From: Eledone cirrhosa
Lineage: Eukaryota
Reading direction: 5' to 3'
DNA length: 64,000 bases
Assembly: GCA_964016885.1 (NCBI GenBank)
Contig: OZ024743.1
Location: forward strand, 41,416,001-41,480,000
The first letter of the stretch is position 1, and every line of letters starts with the position of its first letter. A program made the position numbers and the translations under genes. The notes under the pieces are model-generated. The model made no database searches, was not told where the DNA came from, and saw only the letters and a program-made list of their open reading frames with translations. Below are positions 14,016-29,449 of the stretch, piece after piece.

Positions 14016-14724
14016 CGATGGTGGTGGTGGTGGTGGTGGTGGTGGTGGTGGTGGTGGTGGTGGTGGGGGTGGGGTGATGGTGGTGGTGGTGTTGGTGTTA
14101 TACGTGGTGGTGGTGGTGGTGGTGATGGTGGTGGTGGTGTTGGTGGTATAGGTGGTGGTGGTGGTGGTGATGGTGGTGATGGAGGTGTCGGTGGTGGTTG
14201 TGGTGGTGGTGGTGTTGGTGGTATATGTGGTGGTGATGTTGGTGGTGGTGGTGATGGTGGTGATGGAGGTGGTGGTGGTGGTTGTTGTGGTGGTAGTGGT
14301 GGAGGTTGTGGTGGTGGTTGTGGTGGTGTTGGTGGTATAGGTGGTGGTGATGGTGCCGGTAGAGGTGGAGGTGGTGGTGATGTTGTTGGTGGTGGTGGAG
14401 GTGGTGGTGGTGGTGGTGGTGGGGGAGGTGGGATTGATGGTGATGACAACAATGTTGATTATAATGATCCTCATCATTACAATGATAATGACGGTGATGA
14501 TAATGTTGATGCTGTTGTTAGTGATGATGTTGCCACTGGTGAGTGTGATATTGATAATGGCGATGATGATGATGGTGATTATGATGATGATGGTAATAGT
14601 GATTATAGTGATGATAGTGATGACATTGATGGTTGTGTTGTTGTTGGTTATTTGTTAGTGTTGACAGCGAAAGTATCAACGATGTCACGATATCGAGATG
14701 GTGGTAGTGTTGGTAGTAGTAGTT

Positions 14725-14814
<90 letters not shown>

Positions 14815-14915
14815 CAGTAGTATTATTATTAGTAGTAGTAGTAGCACAAGCAGCAGTAGCAGCAGCAGTACTACTACTACTACTACTACTACTACTATAG
14901 TAGTAGTAGTAGTAC

Positions 14916-14947
<32 letters not shown>

Positions 14948-15343
14948 TTTATATTTCATGCAGGCAATAGTTGAGGTTGTTTAACCCGTGTAAACCCTGA
15001 TTTATCTAACCAACGATCGAATACATTCCAACCGTACGATCTCGTATTTATGTATATTTACAAGTACTGTATCCATTTTAAAGCAAACATATGTGATTTT
15101 ATGTTGATTTTGCTGCTATTTCTAGCGGTTAAAATAATCGTGTGGGCCTGGCCGTAAATGTGTGGTAGTATGTGATGGAAAGGGAGGTAATACTGATGGC
15201 TGTTGGGTGGTGGTTGTGGTGGTAATGGTGAGGTTGATGATATTGATACTGATATTGGTGAAGATAGTGGCAGTGATAGTGATGTTGATGATCGTGTTGG
15301 TGATGCTGATAGTGGTAGTAGTAGCAGTAGAAGCAGCAGTAGC

Positions 15344-15432
<89 letters not shown>

Positions 15433-15543
15433 CAGCAGCAAAAGCAGCAGCAGCAACAGCAGCAGCAGCATTAGTAGTAGTAGTAGTAGTAGTTGTAGTA
15501 GTAGTAGTAGTAGTAGTAGCAGTGCAGCAACAGTAACAGCTGC

Positions 15544-15584
<41 letters not shown>

Positions 15585-15679
15585 CAGCAGCAGCAGCAAA
15601 AGCAGCAGCAGCAGCAGCATTAGTAGTAGTAGTAGTAGCAGAGCAGCAACAGTAACAGCTGCAGTAGTAGTAGTAGTAA

Positions 15680-15739
<60 letters not shown>

Positions 15740-15844
15740 CAGCAGCACCACCACAACAGCAGCCATAGCAGAAGTAGACGCAGTAGTAGCAGCAGGAGCA
15801 GCAGCACCAGTAGTTGTTTTAGTCCGAATTGTAGTGTAATGTTG

Positions 15845-16050
15845 CGTGACCGAGCCTAGTGGTTAGAGTGTTGCGCTCACAATTGTCTGGGTGGAGCAGT
15901 GGCCACATTGTGTCCTTGAGTGAATCAGTTCATTCCTGTTCATTTAGTCGAAAAGTAAGACGATTACCAACATCAACAGCTGACGTTTGTTTCTGCGACG
16001 GAGTGACATTCCGTACACTAATGGCGGAGTGTTGTTATCTCCCGGATCAC
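15845..16050 (+). mobile_element. Degenerate tRNA-derived SINE, second family
   Basis: gcctagtggttagagtgttgcgctcacaa head followed by ttgtgtccttgag; related to 23030-23175. Confidence 0.55.
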
Positions 16051-17199
16051 TATCTCAATCTTTTAGTATTTATCTTTTAACTAACATATTTCTAAATAAA
16101 TTACTTATCCTGGTTGATTATATTACATCTATTGCTAAATCAACCGCTACATAGTTTTATTCTCTGTACTAAACTAGTCATAATCTTTTATCCGAATACA
16201 TACTTCAACAGTTTAACAATGTACTACATCGAACTGCATTCACAAGACATCATCATCATCGTTTAACGTACATCTTCCACGCTAGCATGGGTTAGACGGT
16301 TTTGTTCCATTTGATGTTGGAATGGTCGGGCGACTATGTCTCGCTCGCACGAAGCGTCTCTGGCAGGTTTTTATTTTTTTTAAAGCTGGATGCCCTTTCT
16401 AACACCAACCACATTTATAGTCACCTACACGACCACCTTACAGTGTGGACTGTTGTGTCATCGACACAGTGGACGGAACGGGAGAGGGAGGGTGGGGTCT
16501 ACTTCGTGTTAAGAGGTGCCTACTGACTGTAGGTTTGTATGCAATGGCAGTCGGGTCTTCTGTACAACTGTATGGCGCCAAAGGTCTTGATCCAGTGTCA
16601 TTGTCTTAGAGAGGTGTAGGAGGGGGGGGGGGGCAAGGTCAGTTTTTAACATCTATATATAAATCACATCTATATATAAATTTGAGCGACTTCCGACCGT
16701 CCGTCCGTCACACAATGTAAGTGTGACTGTATTTGTGTGAATGTATGTGTGTGAAAAAGGAAGGAAGGGGATGATGAATGAAACTATAGCAAAACAGCGG
16801 CTGGCGTTCCATTTGCTACGCTGTGTGAGTGCATGTTTATGTGTGTGTAAATGCATGTGTTTGTGTTTGTGTGAATGTATGTGTGTGTTTGTGTGAATGT
16901 ATGTGTATGATTGTGTAAATGTATGTGTGTATTTGAATGTATGTATGTGAATGTATATTTTTATAACTTTGTCTACGTTTGCGCGTTTATATTTTTATAC
17001 TCATTCATATAAATGTATTCATATGCACATGCACACACGTACACACATATGCACATACACACACCTACACACATATACACATACGCTTCAGCGTATTGAA
17101 CAAATATCTAGTTCTTAGAAATACACAATTGTACTATGGCTGCATTAGATTGAAATATTAAAGTTGAGGCAACATCAAACTGACACGTGACAACACATC

Positions 17200-17586
17200 A
17201 TTGGATTGGTAGTATAGGTACAGGATCGGACCCCATGCTTTGCAGCATAGAGTTACGGCCCTTTACGGTATGAGTCGAAATCCAGCCGAGGTTAACTTTG
17301 CATTTCATCCTTATGGGGTCGATAAATAATACCAGTCACCTACTGGGGTCGACTTTCCCTTCCGCCCAAATTGCTGGCCTTGTACCTATATAAGAAACCA
17401 TTATTAGAGCAGTGGATTAGGATAGGACGCTATGCTTGGTAGCATAGAGTTACCGCCCTTTATGGTCTGATTTCAAATCCCGCCGAGGTTAACTTTGCCT
17501 TTCATCTTTAAGGGGTCGATAAAATTAAATACCAGTACCAGTAGTACACTGAGGTAATTGCTGACCTTGTGCCAAATGTAGAAACA
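17200..17586 (+). mobile_element. Two tandem SINE copies
   Basis: Core tttcatc..ggggtcgataaa at 17303 and 17500. Confidence 0.88.
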
Positions 17587-17981
17587 CATGTTGGAAAATA
17601 GTGTAATGTTCTATCTTTTCTAGATTTAAATACCTGCTATCAATATCACCAGCTTCCTTGGTCTCCGGCCTATCATCTTCCTCGGTAAGATCGGGAAGGT
17701 ATCTTGCATGAGGATTGATCAACGTGATTTAGAATGCAGCTGCTGTCGTCGAATGACCTCCGTTTATAACCCTTTTATTCAAGATTTTATTTACTTACGT
17801 TTCTCTTCCATATGTGTTTCTTTTTCTTTCTCTTTGTTATCTAGTTCTTTTTTATATGCATTAACTATTGTACAAGTCAGCTCATCAATAGATTAACCTG
17901 TTAGCTGAAAAATATATTATTATGCTGTGAAACTAGTTAGTTTGTTGTAAAGAAGGATGTGAAGAGTAAAGTAGAAAATAA

Positions 17982-18390
17982 ATAATTGTTTCTACTTTTG
18001 GCACAAGGCCAGCAATTACACCAGTGTATTACTGGTACTTTATTTTATCGACCCCGTAAGGATGAAAGGCAAAGTTAACCTCGGCGGGATTTGAACTCAG
18101 AATGAAAGGCGTGATTAGGGTCGTTTAGTGAAAGCACTTGCTGTTTCATTCTTTTCTCGAATTAATAACAATAATTGTTTCTACTTTAGGCGCAAGACCA
18201 GCAATTTAAAGGAGAATGGAAAGTCGATTAAATCGACCCAATTGCTTTATTAATGCTTTATTTTATCGACCCTTTAAGGATGAAAGGCAAAGCTAACTTC
18301 AGTGGGATTTGACCTGAGAACGCAAAGGGCCATTATTCTATGCCATAGAGCATGGTGTCTGACGCTCTACCGATATTGCCAATCCAAATA
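17982..18390 (-). mobile_element. Two SINE copies (17982-18102 partial; 18170-18390)
   Basis: Reverse-complement core tttatcgaccc..aaggatgaaaggcaaag. Confidence 0.88.
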
Positions 18391-18634
18391 ATAATAATAA
18401 TCCTTTCCCCACCGTGTGGTGTATTTGGGTTGTTGGACTCTGTTCTTTTTGTTATTTATTCCCTACGTAAGCTTACATTTTGCAGCACATCTCTATTACT
18501 CGCTCCCACAGTAGCTGAAGTTAAGATATACAACTGATAAGCAACATAACTCAACTGTATATTTCACTTCATCTCGTTATTGAAAAAAAGAATCTCCTGT
18601 TCTTCCCTTCATTTCAGTTTATCTTATTAATGTA

Positions 18635-18869
18635 CAGGAGCGGTGAAAGAATTTCTGTATTGGGTGGGCCAAATTTGGACAATTTACTTGTAGTGATTAG
18701 GTTAGCTCTTTGCACGCTAAAATGGTCAGGAAAATTCGATATGCGATAAACAAAACCTGTACATAAATTGTAGCGCACACCCAAATAGATGTGTGTTTTA
18801 GAAGTTTGGGAAGAAAATATAATTATTAGAGGGGTTATGCCACCCCCACACCCAGTTCCACCGCCACTG
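18635..18869. mobile_element. MITE-like non-autonomous DNA transposon
   Basis: Imperfect TIRs CAGGAGCGGTGAAA / TTCCACCGCCACTG with TA on both flanks; a related fragment lies at about 22605-22675. Confidence 0.6.
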
Positions 18870-18977
18870 TATATATATAATTAAAAGATAATTATGCTCT
18901 ATGGTCTTTCCTAAGGGATTAATATATCATTTATTCGCATTTGGTTAGAAACTGGTATTAAACCCAGTTTGTTCATC

Positions 18978-19022
<45 letters not shown>

Positions 19023-19064
19023 AGAAAAAAAAAGAATCAGTGTAACGACGAATGGAATTTATTG

Positions 19065-19160
19065 GACATATTACAATCGTTTCTCTGGCGACCAGCTCGA
19101 GGCACGGTCGATGTGATGATCAAACGTGACTCTGAAAATCGCAAGGTCCTCAGATACGTC
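19065..19160 (-). ncRNA. Hammerhead ribozyme with long stem II
   Basis: Minus strand: GACGTAT CTGAGGA cc ttgcga...(about 60 nt in total)...tcgccag a GAAAC GATT GTA ATATGTC; 7-bp stem I and a GUA site. Confidence 0.7.
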
Positions 19161-19290
19161 TTGATTCTACGGAGGAGATTTCCTTTTTTTTCTGTGATAT
19201 CATACTCTGCTCTATGAGAGCATCGAGTGCTCATACGGCCTACCGCATATGGACGCTTTAAGCATCCAACACCAATTATATATATATATA

Positions 19291-20264
19291 TAGGAACATT
19301 TTCAAGACCCCGACGGCAGAACTCAAGCCGTTTAGACGGGTATTTCTAGACTAAATTAGATTTTTAGCGTGGTACGACCTTTTGAAGGGAGCTAATTCTT
19401 TACATGGGAAGATTGTAGTTGTCAAAAGCATCGGTCAACATTTCTTGTAAACACAATCAAATATTTCATGGCGTTGGGTGCGGTGGGGGCTGAACTTGCC
19501 TGTAGAACAATGAGGGAATGGGTGGAGGCGGCCAAGTGTTGAAAGTGAATTCTATACACCAATTTCTAAGGGGTGTGGAAGAAATTAGGCTGGCTAGAAA
19601 GCAGACAAAAAAAGAATTCTGGAGGAATCTTAGAGTGGGAAGTTATTTAAATTAAAAGTTAATAAATTGAAATTAAACATTAAAAAATAATAAATAAAAA
19701 TAATAATAATATTAAAAAATTAAATAATAAAAAATAATAAAAAAATTAGAGTCTAAATCAGCAGCTATATTTTTAGCTGGTATTGCATTTTCTGCCAATG
19801 CGATATAGAATTTAATGGGGTGGGGTACTGAGGCTACAAAAGCCGAAGGGCTGCCTCAGGGTAAGCGGAAGAGGAAAAAGGAAAAGGAAGAGGAGAGGAA
19901 GGAAGTGAGAAGAAGAGATAAAGGGAGAAAAGAAAAGAAGTACATCTACCTATGTATGCTGGGGTTTCCCCTATCTTGTTCGGCAAGTGGGGAAAAGAAG
20001 TATGTTACAGCCATTGTCTACCCACCCGGGTCATGAGGGTGTCTGAGGGTGGGTAAGTCTTAAACAATCGGTGTTTACATGAAATATTTTATTGTGTTTA
20101 CAAGAAATTATCACCAATACATTTGACAACTACAATCTTCCCTTATGAGGAATTACCTCTTGAAAAGTTCGGCTATTTATTACCGCGCTAAAAATCTAAT
20201 TTAGTCCAGAAATAGCCGTCGAAACGGCTTGAGCTCTTCTGTCGGGGTCTTGAACATTTTCCTA
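19291..20264. repeat. Diverged inverted repeat pair (19291-19470 / 20078-20264), PLE-type arrangement
   Basis: ttcaagaccccgac...ctaaattagatttttagcg...gggaagattgtagttgtcaaa...tttcttgtaaacacaat..aatatttcatg is mirrored on the right arm. Confidence 0.85.
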
Positions 20265-20321
20265 TTACCCACTCTACTACCCTAAGTATTGAGTATTCTA
20301 GTGCGTTATGGTCCACCGGGT

Positions 20322-20468
20322 TTCATTTATTATGGCTATTGGTGAGCTTTGTTATTCTAAAATTTCACCTGCACATTCACAGGATCACCTGTCTTGTCTG
20401 ATGATCCTGTGAGTATGCAGGTGAGACTCCATTGTAACAAGGCTCATCACTTAGCCATAATAAATGAA
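20322..20468. repeat. Fold-back palindrome (about 66-bp imperfect arms) centred on a hammerhead
   Basis: ttcatttattatggcta...ttcacctgcacattcacaggatca / tgatcctgtgagtatgcaggtgag...tagccataataaatgaa. Confidence 0.9.
20391..20443 (+). ncRNA. Hammerhead ribozyme with one core lesion
   Basis: GTCTTGT CTGATGA T CCTGT gagtat GCAGG T GAGAC tccatt GTA ACAAGGC; the opposite arm retains GAAA. Confidence 0.7.
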
Positions 20469-20849
20469 TATCTAAACTCCACTTCGGTATCGGATTTTCA
20501 TTCTTACTTACTTCACGTAGTCTCAGGACTTGAATAATGGCCTCAACCCCAGCTTATTAATTTGTCAGATTGTTTCCTCACACCCATTTTTATTCCATCC
20601 CCAACCCCAAGCAGCTTGTTAAATTTTGCTAATCTATCTCCCGCGAAATTTTATTGTAAGTGATTCATGTTTATACAGCAGTTGGAGTATTTATTAATAA
20701 TTGTATTTTACATTAAGAAAACAGTATATATGACAAAAGAAAAACATTACAAGAAATCCCATATTTACGAACGTACACTATACAATTACTGATATTCTAA
20801 GCCCCTTCCCTATTATTGCCCCTCCTATTATTTGGGACCCGAGAGTGCC

Positions 20850-22146
20850 ACCAAACTCCCCTCTTCTCTATGTCTATCAAACAAAACTCTCTTTTAATCC
20901 ACCTCTCTCTATCTAATAAAACCAAACTATAACCCTCTCTATATCTACCACGACACCGCCTCTCTTATTCCACTCTCTATATCTATGACTAATACATTCT
21001 CTCCCTCTCTATAAATATCTACACTTACCCCCCCCCCTCCCTTTATATCAATCAACCCTAAACTCTCACCCTCTCTATATCTATTATACGACACTCTCCC
21101 ATTATCTTTATCTGTATATCTACCACCACCAACTTCTTCCGCAACACCCATCACTATATCAATTGCCACAAACTCTTCCCTTCTCTATATCAACCATACA
21201 ACACTCTCTCTCATTCTTTCTCACTCTATCTACCAGTACCAAACTCTCCCCCTCTCTATATCTATAAATACCTATCTCTATCAATCCTCTCCCTCTATTA
21301 TTTACCACCAAACACCCCCTCTCTACATCAACCATACAACATACTCTCCCAACACCCCTCACTATATCAATTACAACAAAACTATTCCCTTCTCGATATC
21401 GACCTGACAGAACTCTTTCCCAACCCCCCTCTCTATATCAAGTAACACCAAACTCTCCCCCTCGCTACATCTACTACATGGAACTCTCTTCCAATACACT
21501 TAACAGCAACATTTCCCCCCCTCTCCATATCTACTATATGGATCTTTTCCAATGCCCCTCCTTATATCAATTAACACCTAACTCTCCCCCTCTCTATATC
21601 TACTACACGGAACAACCTTCCAATAACCCTCTTTCTATATATAAACAGGTAATACGCAACACACTCTCACAACACCCCTCACTATATCAATTACAACACT
21701 ACTCCCCCACTCTATATAGCTACTATACAACACTCTCTCTCATTCACTCTTACTCTATCTACCAGTACCAAACTCTCCCCCTCTCTATATCTATCAATAC
21801 CTATCTCTATCAATCCTCTCCCTCTATTATTTACCATCAAACATCTCCCCTCTCTACATCAACCATACAACATACTCTCCCAATCCCACTCCCTATACCA
21901 ATTAACACCAAACTCTCTCTCTCTCTATATTTTCTTCACGGAACTCTCTTCCAACGCCCTCTCTATATCAAGTAACATCAAACTCTCCCAATATCTATAT
22001 CTAATACAGGGAAGTCTTTTCCAATGACCCTCTCTAGTGAATAAACACCAATCTCTCCCCCTCTCTATATCTAATATACAACACACTTACCAACCTTCCT
22101 CTCTATATCATTTACCACCAAATTCTTCCCCTCTCTATTTCTATAT
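20850..22146. repeat. Degenerate pyrimidine-rich minisatellite (aaactctcccctctctatatct motif)
   Basis: The motif recurs many times; 21190-21380 is duplicated at about 21720-21905. Confidence 0.8.
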
Positions 22147-22149
22147 CTA

Positions 22150-22450
22150 TCGCACCCATCTTTCTACATAACATATCCACGTGCAGACTGCGACTAACCC
22201 AGGTTCTGCTGCACGTCGGGCTGAGGAGTGCAAACTCTCCAAATACTGGTCGCTCTCCGACAGGTTTGCGGTCGTAACCTTGGCAGTGGAGACTTCTAGT
22301 GTCCTCGGCCCTAGGGCTATCTCCGTACTCACCACCATAGATTGCTGAGCTGGCCAGCCGCAGGTGTGACCCTCGCGAGTTGAAATGGATTTCCCAGCGC
22401 GTCTCCTTGCCGTCCTTCGGGGAAACGTCTTCTCCATTCTGTCCACCAAG
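22150..22450 (+). mobile_element. CRE-clade non-LTR retrotransposon, C-terminal restriction-like endonuclease fragment
   Basis: Manual translation PGSAARRAEECKLSKYWSLSDRFAVVTLAVETSSVLGPRA...DPRELKWISQRVS/AVLRGNVFSIL matches the CRE pattern AA..AE..K..KY...AVET.G..G...QRLS.A..RGN. Confidence 0.75.
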
Positions 22451-22799
22451 GCTGTGGGGAGGCCATCAATATGATTGACTGACTTGTCATTTTATCCTGT
22501 ACTTTTTATATATCCATATCTGCCTAACACAATATGATGAAAACACGAAACACACAACCTCCTAAACAAATAAATATGAGATTTCTCAAAAAAAATAAAA
22601 AGAAAAAAATAGATTGGTGTTTTGGTAGTTTGGGAAGAAAAATATAATTATTGTGACGGCCATGGCCCACCTGTGTAATATTAATGATAATATTTGGTTG
22701 TGTCGTCGGTGACTAAACCGGCAACCCCTCCAAACTTGCTTGGTAGGGAAGGTGAATGGTTAACATTTGGGAGAATGATATTGTGTTTGAAGGACCCCA

Positions 22800-23470
22800 G
22801 CAATAGAAATGCTCTTGCCTCCAGCTATTGTGGAAAAGTATGACAAGTGTCTCGGCTGAGGCAATGCATGGATACCAGGAGGAGACACTACGTTCAGAGC
22901 AGAAGGGATATAGGAGTAGACGCAGGGAGACTAAGGATCAATTGTTGATTGATAATCGACAGTCGATCGACTGTCGTCAAATCGGACGGCGGAAACAATA
23001 TTTCCGTTGGTCTTTCCAATTGCTAATACTATCTATCGGTCGCAACTCCAGGTAGAAGAGGCAATGTGAAATAAAGTGTCTTGCTCAAGGACATAACGCA
23101 TAACCCGGTCCAGGATCGAACTCACTATCTCACGATTGCGAATCCTATTCTCTTACCAGTCAACCACGCGCCTTGACTTGATATATAAAGCGACCCTTAA
23201 AAATTGTAAAAGGAGACTCAAATGATGCCTTGGATTGGAGCGATTACCACAGGCTTGTAACAAGATGTCGCATATTTGGATAGTAGAATGTTTGAAAATG
23301 TTTGGTATTGCAGCTAATGTTAGACAGTTTCTGGCAAGCTATATGGATGTCTGTAAGACTGAGCTGACATCTTGACAAACAGTGGCAGTTGTAAATATGA
23401 AGAGAGAAATATTTGAGGGAGAGAGTCTATCACTTTTGCAGTTTGTTCTGTGGTTGGTTCCACTTTCATT
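22800..23470 (+). mobile_element. R4/Dong-like LINE reverse transcriptase fragment interrupted by a SINE
   Basis: LWKSMTSV...EQKGYRSRRRETKDQLLID | KATLKNCKRRL...WIVECLKMFGIAANVRQFLAS...VNMKREIFEGESLSLLQFVLWLVPLS (the GIFQGDSLSPL motif, decayed). Confidence 0.75.
23030..23175 (-). mobile_element. tRNA-derived SINE (second family) nested in the LINE fragment
   Basis: Minus strand ggcgcgtggttgactggtaagag...gagttcgatcc (B box)...gtccttgagcaagacacttt. Confidence 0.75.
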
Positions 23471-24129
23471 GAGGTGTGCGTATATGAACTTCATACAAAA
23501 ATAAGAGCCTCAAACACGAGAAATAGCTGTTAAAACGCCGAATGCCGTTAATAATAAAAGCGTGGAATTCGGATAGATACGCTCCTAGGAAAGGAAAGTA
23601 ATAGCCAGTGGCAGCTACAAAAAGGCGGAAAGTTGTGAAGTGGGGTGGGTGAAAATGGTAGATGGTTAAGACAGGAGTATTTTGGCATATAGTAGTGATA
23701 AGGAAATGAGAATAAAAAGAAAATATTTTTTGATAAATGTTACAAAATGAGTGGATATTGAATTTACAAAATTGCAGTCCAGACTTAACCTCGGCAACCC
23801 TCATCTGGCCAAGTAGTCCCATATTTTGGGCCCTCTCGTGTAGTAGTAAATAAATATTTCTTATACTCTGTCTGTTCTCGTATTTGGTTGATGGTTACAA
23901 AACAAAAGAACAGACAAACATACAAACGAACGAGGGACCGAGAGAAAACAAATTTGCAAGGAGCATTATTGTATCCATTCTTTATGTATACTAGTAATCT
24001 ATTAATTCCTTGGAAATTTCGTGTCGTATTCAAGTTGATGTTAAAATGTTTTCATTTTCCCGGTAGTGTACTCGGTCTTATATGTTTTCGGATTTTTATT
24101 ACACGTCATTATTGCATACTCAAATCAAC

Positions 24130-24290
24130 GAGGGGGCATAGACGTTAGTGTATCAGATTAATGCCTCGGTATTTATTCCGGCTCTCTGTACACTGAGTTC
24201 AAAAGTTCAAATAACACCGAGGTCAAATTTGCCTTTCATCCTTTGCTGGTCGACAAATAAAGTAACAATGCAATGAGGGTGGATACTCGG
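24130..24290 (+). mobile_element. Degenerate SINE copy
   Basis: ctgagttcaaa...gcctttcatccttt..gtcgacaaataaagta. Confidence 0.65.
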
Positions 24291-24606
24291 AATCATTAAA
24301 ATGTTAGATGGTATGCTTTGCGATTTCGGTTCCGGCTTTGAGTGTTCTGGGTTCAATCCCGACTCCCGGGTGACCGAAAAAGCAGCGATTCTAAATTTTG
24401 TCACAAGGATGCTCTCTCACGGGGATTAATCGTCCAAAAAAAGCGGCGATGAACATTCTCAAACACAGATTGAAATATATTTATGTCGTTTTGACTATGT
24501 TGTAAGCGGAGATATCGATTTTAAAAATGTCGAGTTGTTCAGTACAAATTCGCATCGTTTGGTCATCAGACATCCTAAAACCTTTTATTATAGATGTTTA
24601 GTCAAT

Positions 24607-24797
24607 GGGCGGTGGATTGGTAGTATCGGTAGAGAGGCAGACGCCATGCTTAGAGCATAGAGTTACAGATCTTTACAGTCTGAGTTGAAATCCTGCCGAG
24701 GTTAACTTTGCTTTCATTCTTACGCGTTCGATAAAATAAAATACCAGTAATGCACTGGAATAATTGTTGGCCTTGTGCGAAAAGTGGAAACAATTAT
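24607..24797 (+). mobile_element. SINE copy
   Basis: Head, core and tail all match 4355-4536. Confidence 0.88.
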
Positions 24798-25699
24798 TGA
24801 CGTTTAGTAAATGTTATACATAAAGACAATTGTGGAAAACACATCTCGTCATATAAAAATGTGCTAGGACTAAATTAATCGCCTAGATATTCAGTTATGC
24901 TTCTAAATATAGAGCATGTACAGCACAGATTTTCCTGCAAATGTTTGTCCAGGGACATTATTTACCAGGATATAATGATAGATAGACATTTGAATTTAGC
25001 CATCAGTCTAATTAATTACGTTTAAGACAATACTAATTGGGTCTTATTATAATTTTAAACCTTTGCGCCTTCGCATTATAGAAAACTGGCGAGTTGCCAG
25101 GGTCGTTAGAGAGTTAGATTGAATTCTTCACATTTTTTTTTTCGGCTCTCTACTCTCCCGCTGTAGTCAACCTTGCCTTTCGTCCTTTCGAAGTCGATAA
25201 TGTGCCAACTCAGTACTTGAGTCGAATCTTCCTCTCTATATTATATTTGTTCCTGTCTCTCTTCTCTCTCTCTCTCTTTCTCTGGAAAAATTCTGTTTCA
25301 AAAACAGGATGTAGTTCGGGAACCATGGATGGCTGGATGCCATAGATTATTATTGTTGACAGGTAGGGAAAGTGTTTTTGAATTTATATGTCTTTTAGTG
25401 ACTAATGATCTGACAGTCTGGAATAAAGAATACTCTAAAATTTGTGATGCACCTGTACTCATCTTGACGAAGGAATATTGCTGGTACTTTGTTGTCACAA
25501 ATTAGAATGTTGACAAATATACATTCTAATGCTCACCAGGACAAGCTTTCTATTCAGCAATTGAAATTCACGTATATTAAATTCTGATTTCCCTAAACTA
25601 TATATTAACATCAAATGTGCCTTATTCTGAGATGGCTGAGAGACTAGATATCATGGAAAGTAACACACATTCAAATATTCTCCCTAATATAAGCAGTTA

Positions 25700-26420
25700 C
25701 TAAGCAATAGCACCAACAGCTTGTGATTTATAATACATTTGATATACAAGTGGGGTGTCAGAGGAATGAAATAACGGAACAGTGCCTTCATCCCCCAAAG
25801 TTGCAGGATGTGACAACTGGAGGGAAGTAACAATTGTATCAATACCAGGAAAGCTGTACTGCCAGGTTATCTTGGATCAAATGAAAGAAAGAGCTGATCA
25901 CGTTAACACAAAGCTGGATACCGAGCCAAACGCACCAGTGCCGATCAAATATTTACTCTACGTAAATATTCACAAACCTTTTTTATGGAGCATCTTGCAA
26001 GTTCATGGCAAATTATCTCAGACATCAAGAATTGATATACTGGTTCAAAATGCTGTGAAACTAAGGATGGCTATAGTGAATGGTTGTAAGTTATCACAGG
26101 TGTTCGCCAGAAATGTCCCTTTGCTTTCCGCATCGACTCGATTCTCAGAAGGGAAACATAAGATAAGGGAATAGACTAGCTACAGGAACAGATATTCTAC
26201 GAGGTTAATTATACAGGTTATATTTCTGCCGTGGCTAAAACCACATCCGATTTGCAGTATCTCATAAATGAGATAGAGTCATCTGTAGCCAACAATGGTC
26301 CCCACATGAATATCATAAAGTCCAAGAACATGTTAATTGGTATTCATCTATATTCTTCAAACATCTGCATCAATCAGGATGATTTTGAGGTAGTGGAGGA
26401 CTTCACTTACCATGGCAGAA
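25700..26420 (+). mobile_element. RTE-clade LINE RT fragment, decayed
   Basis: CDNWREVTIVSIPGKLYCQVILDQMK and DLQYLINEIESSVANNG..MNIIKSKNM...INQDDFEVVEDFTYHG. Confidence 0.7.
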
Positions 26421-26465
26421 GTGGCCAGGCCGACTCATGTCAGTACCTTCTTTAGAGATCTGCCG

Positions 26466-26690
26466 TTATGTACTTGAAAATATCCACTTCTTCCAGGTTT
26501 CTCCGTTCAGAATGATGTTTGTTACTGTATTCTGATTATGACAATTAATCAGAAATTTGCCTTTTTCTGAACTGATATCCATTTCGTATGCTCCTGTTAC
26601 TTTTTCTAGTCTGGTAGGGTTCTCGGGGAGTTCTACTTCATTGCTTCCAAACAGGTTAATGTCATCATGCAAGAGATATTCTAATACTTC
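26466..26690 (-). mobile_element. RTE-like RT fragment
   Basis: DDINLFGSNEVEL...RLEKVTGAYEMDISSEKGKFLIN...IILNGE. Confidence 0.7.
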
Positions 26691-26769
26691 CACACGTCTG
26701 TTTACATTGAACATATGATAGCTACCACAATAGCCGTGTAGGAATATCGGATATATGTATTTTAGTAGT

Positions 26770-28963
<2,194 letters not shown>

Positions 28964-29035
28964 TAACGTTTCAACATCAACAACAATGGTGTCTTTAGGC
29001 AAGTCACATAGAATTATATATCTCAAAGAAAATAT

Positions 29036-29066
<31 letters not shown>

Positions 29067-29382
29067 CTCCTAAACCCAATATTTCCATTAAAAATAAGTG
29101 GATATTCAGTCATGAAATAAAACGTTTTTCAGACGAAACTATATATAGAGCTCTGAAATCTAGATCAATATTACCGGACGCCTACATGTGATAACGTATC
29201 TGCTTTTTCTCCATTTCTTTTCTCGTCTTTTTTTCTTCATGGTACACCTCTCTATATCTCAATTTTTTCTTTTAATTCTTATTCTATCATATGATGAAGG
29301 AGTAGCGTCTGAAACAATACGAGGCTTGTCTTACAATATGAAGTGTTAAGTAAATATATATTGCTCTATTCCGTTTACTTTT

Positions 29383-29449
<67 letters not shown>

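Larger units (their letters stand above)
11757..15810. repeat. 4-kb compound (TAG)n/(GGT)n/(GAT)n/(CAG)n low-complexity region
   Basis: Direct reading; includes short dispersed repeats at about 13760-13960 and 14970-15130. Confidence 0.93.

Noticed and set aside
11720-15807. Mucin-, extensin- or glycine-rich-like ORFs
   Set aside because: Products of (TAG)n/(GGT)n/(GAT)n repeats; no splice or codon evidence.
16650-16720. TCTATATATAAA start resembling a Helitron 5' end
   Set aside because: No matching 3' hairpin and CTRR end could be identified.
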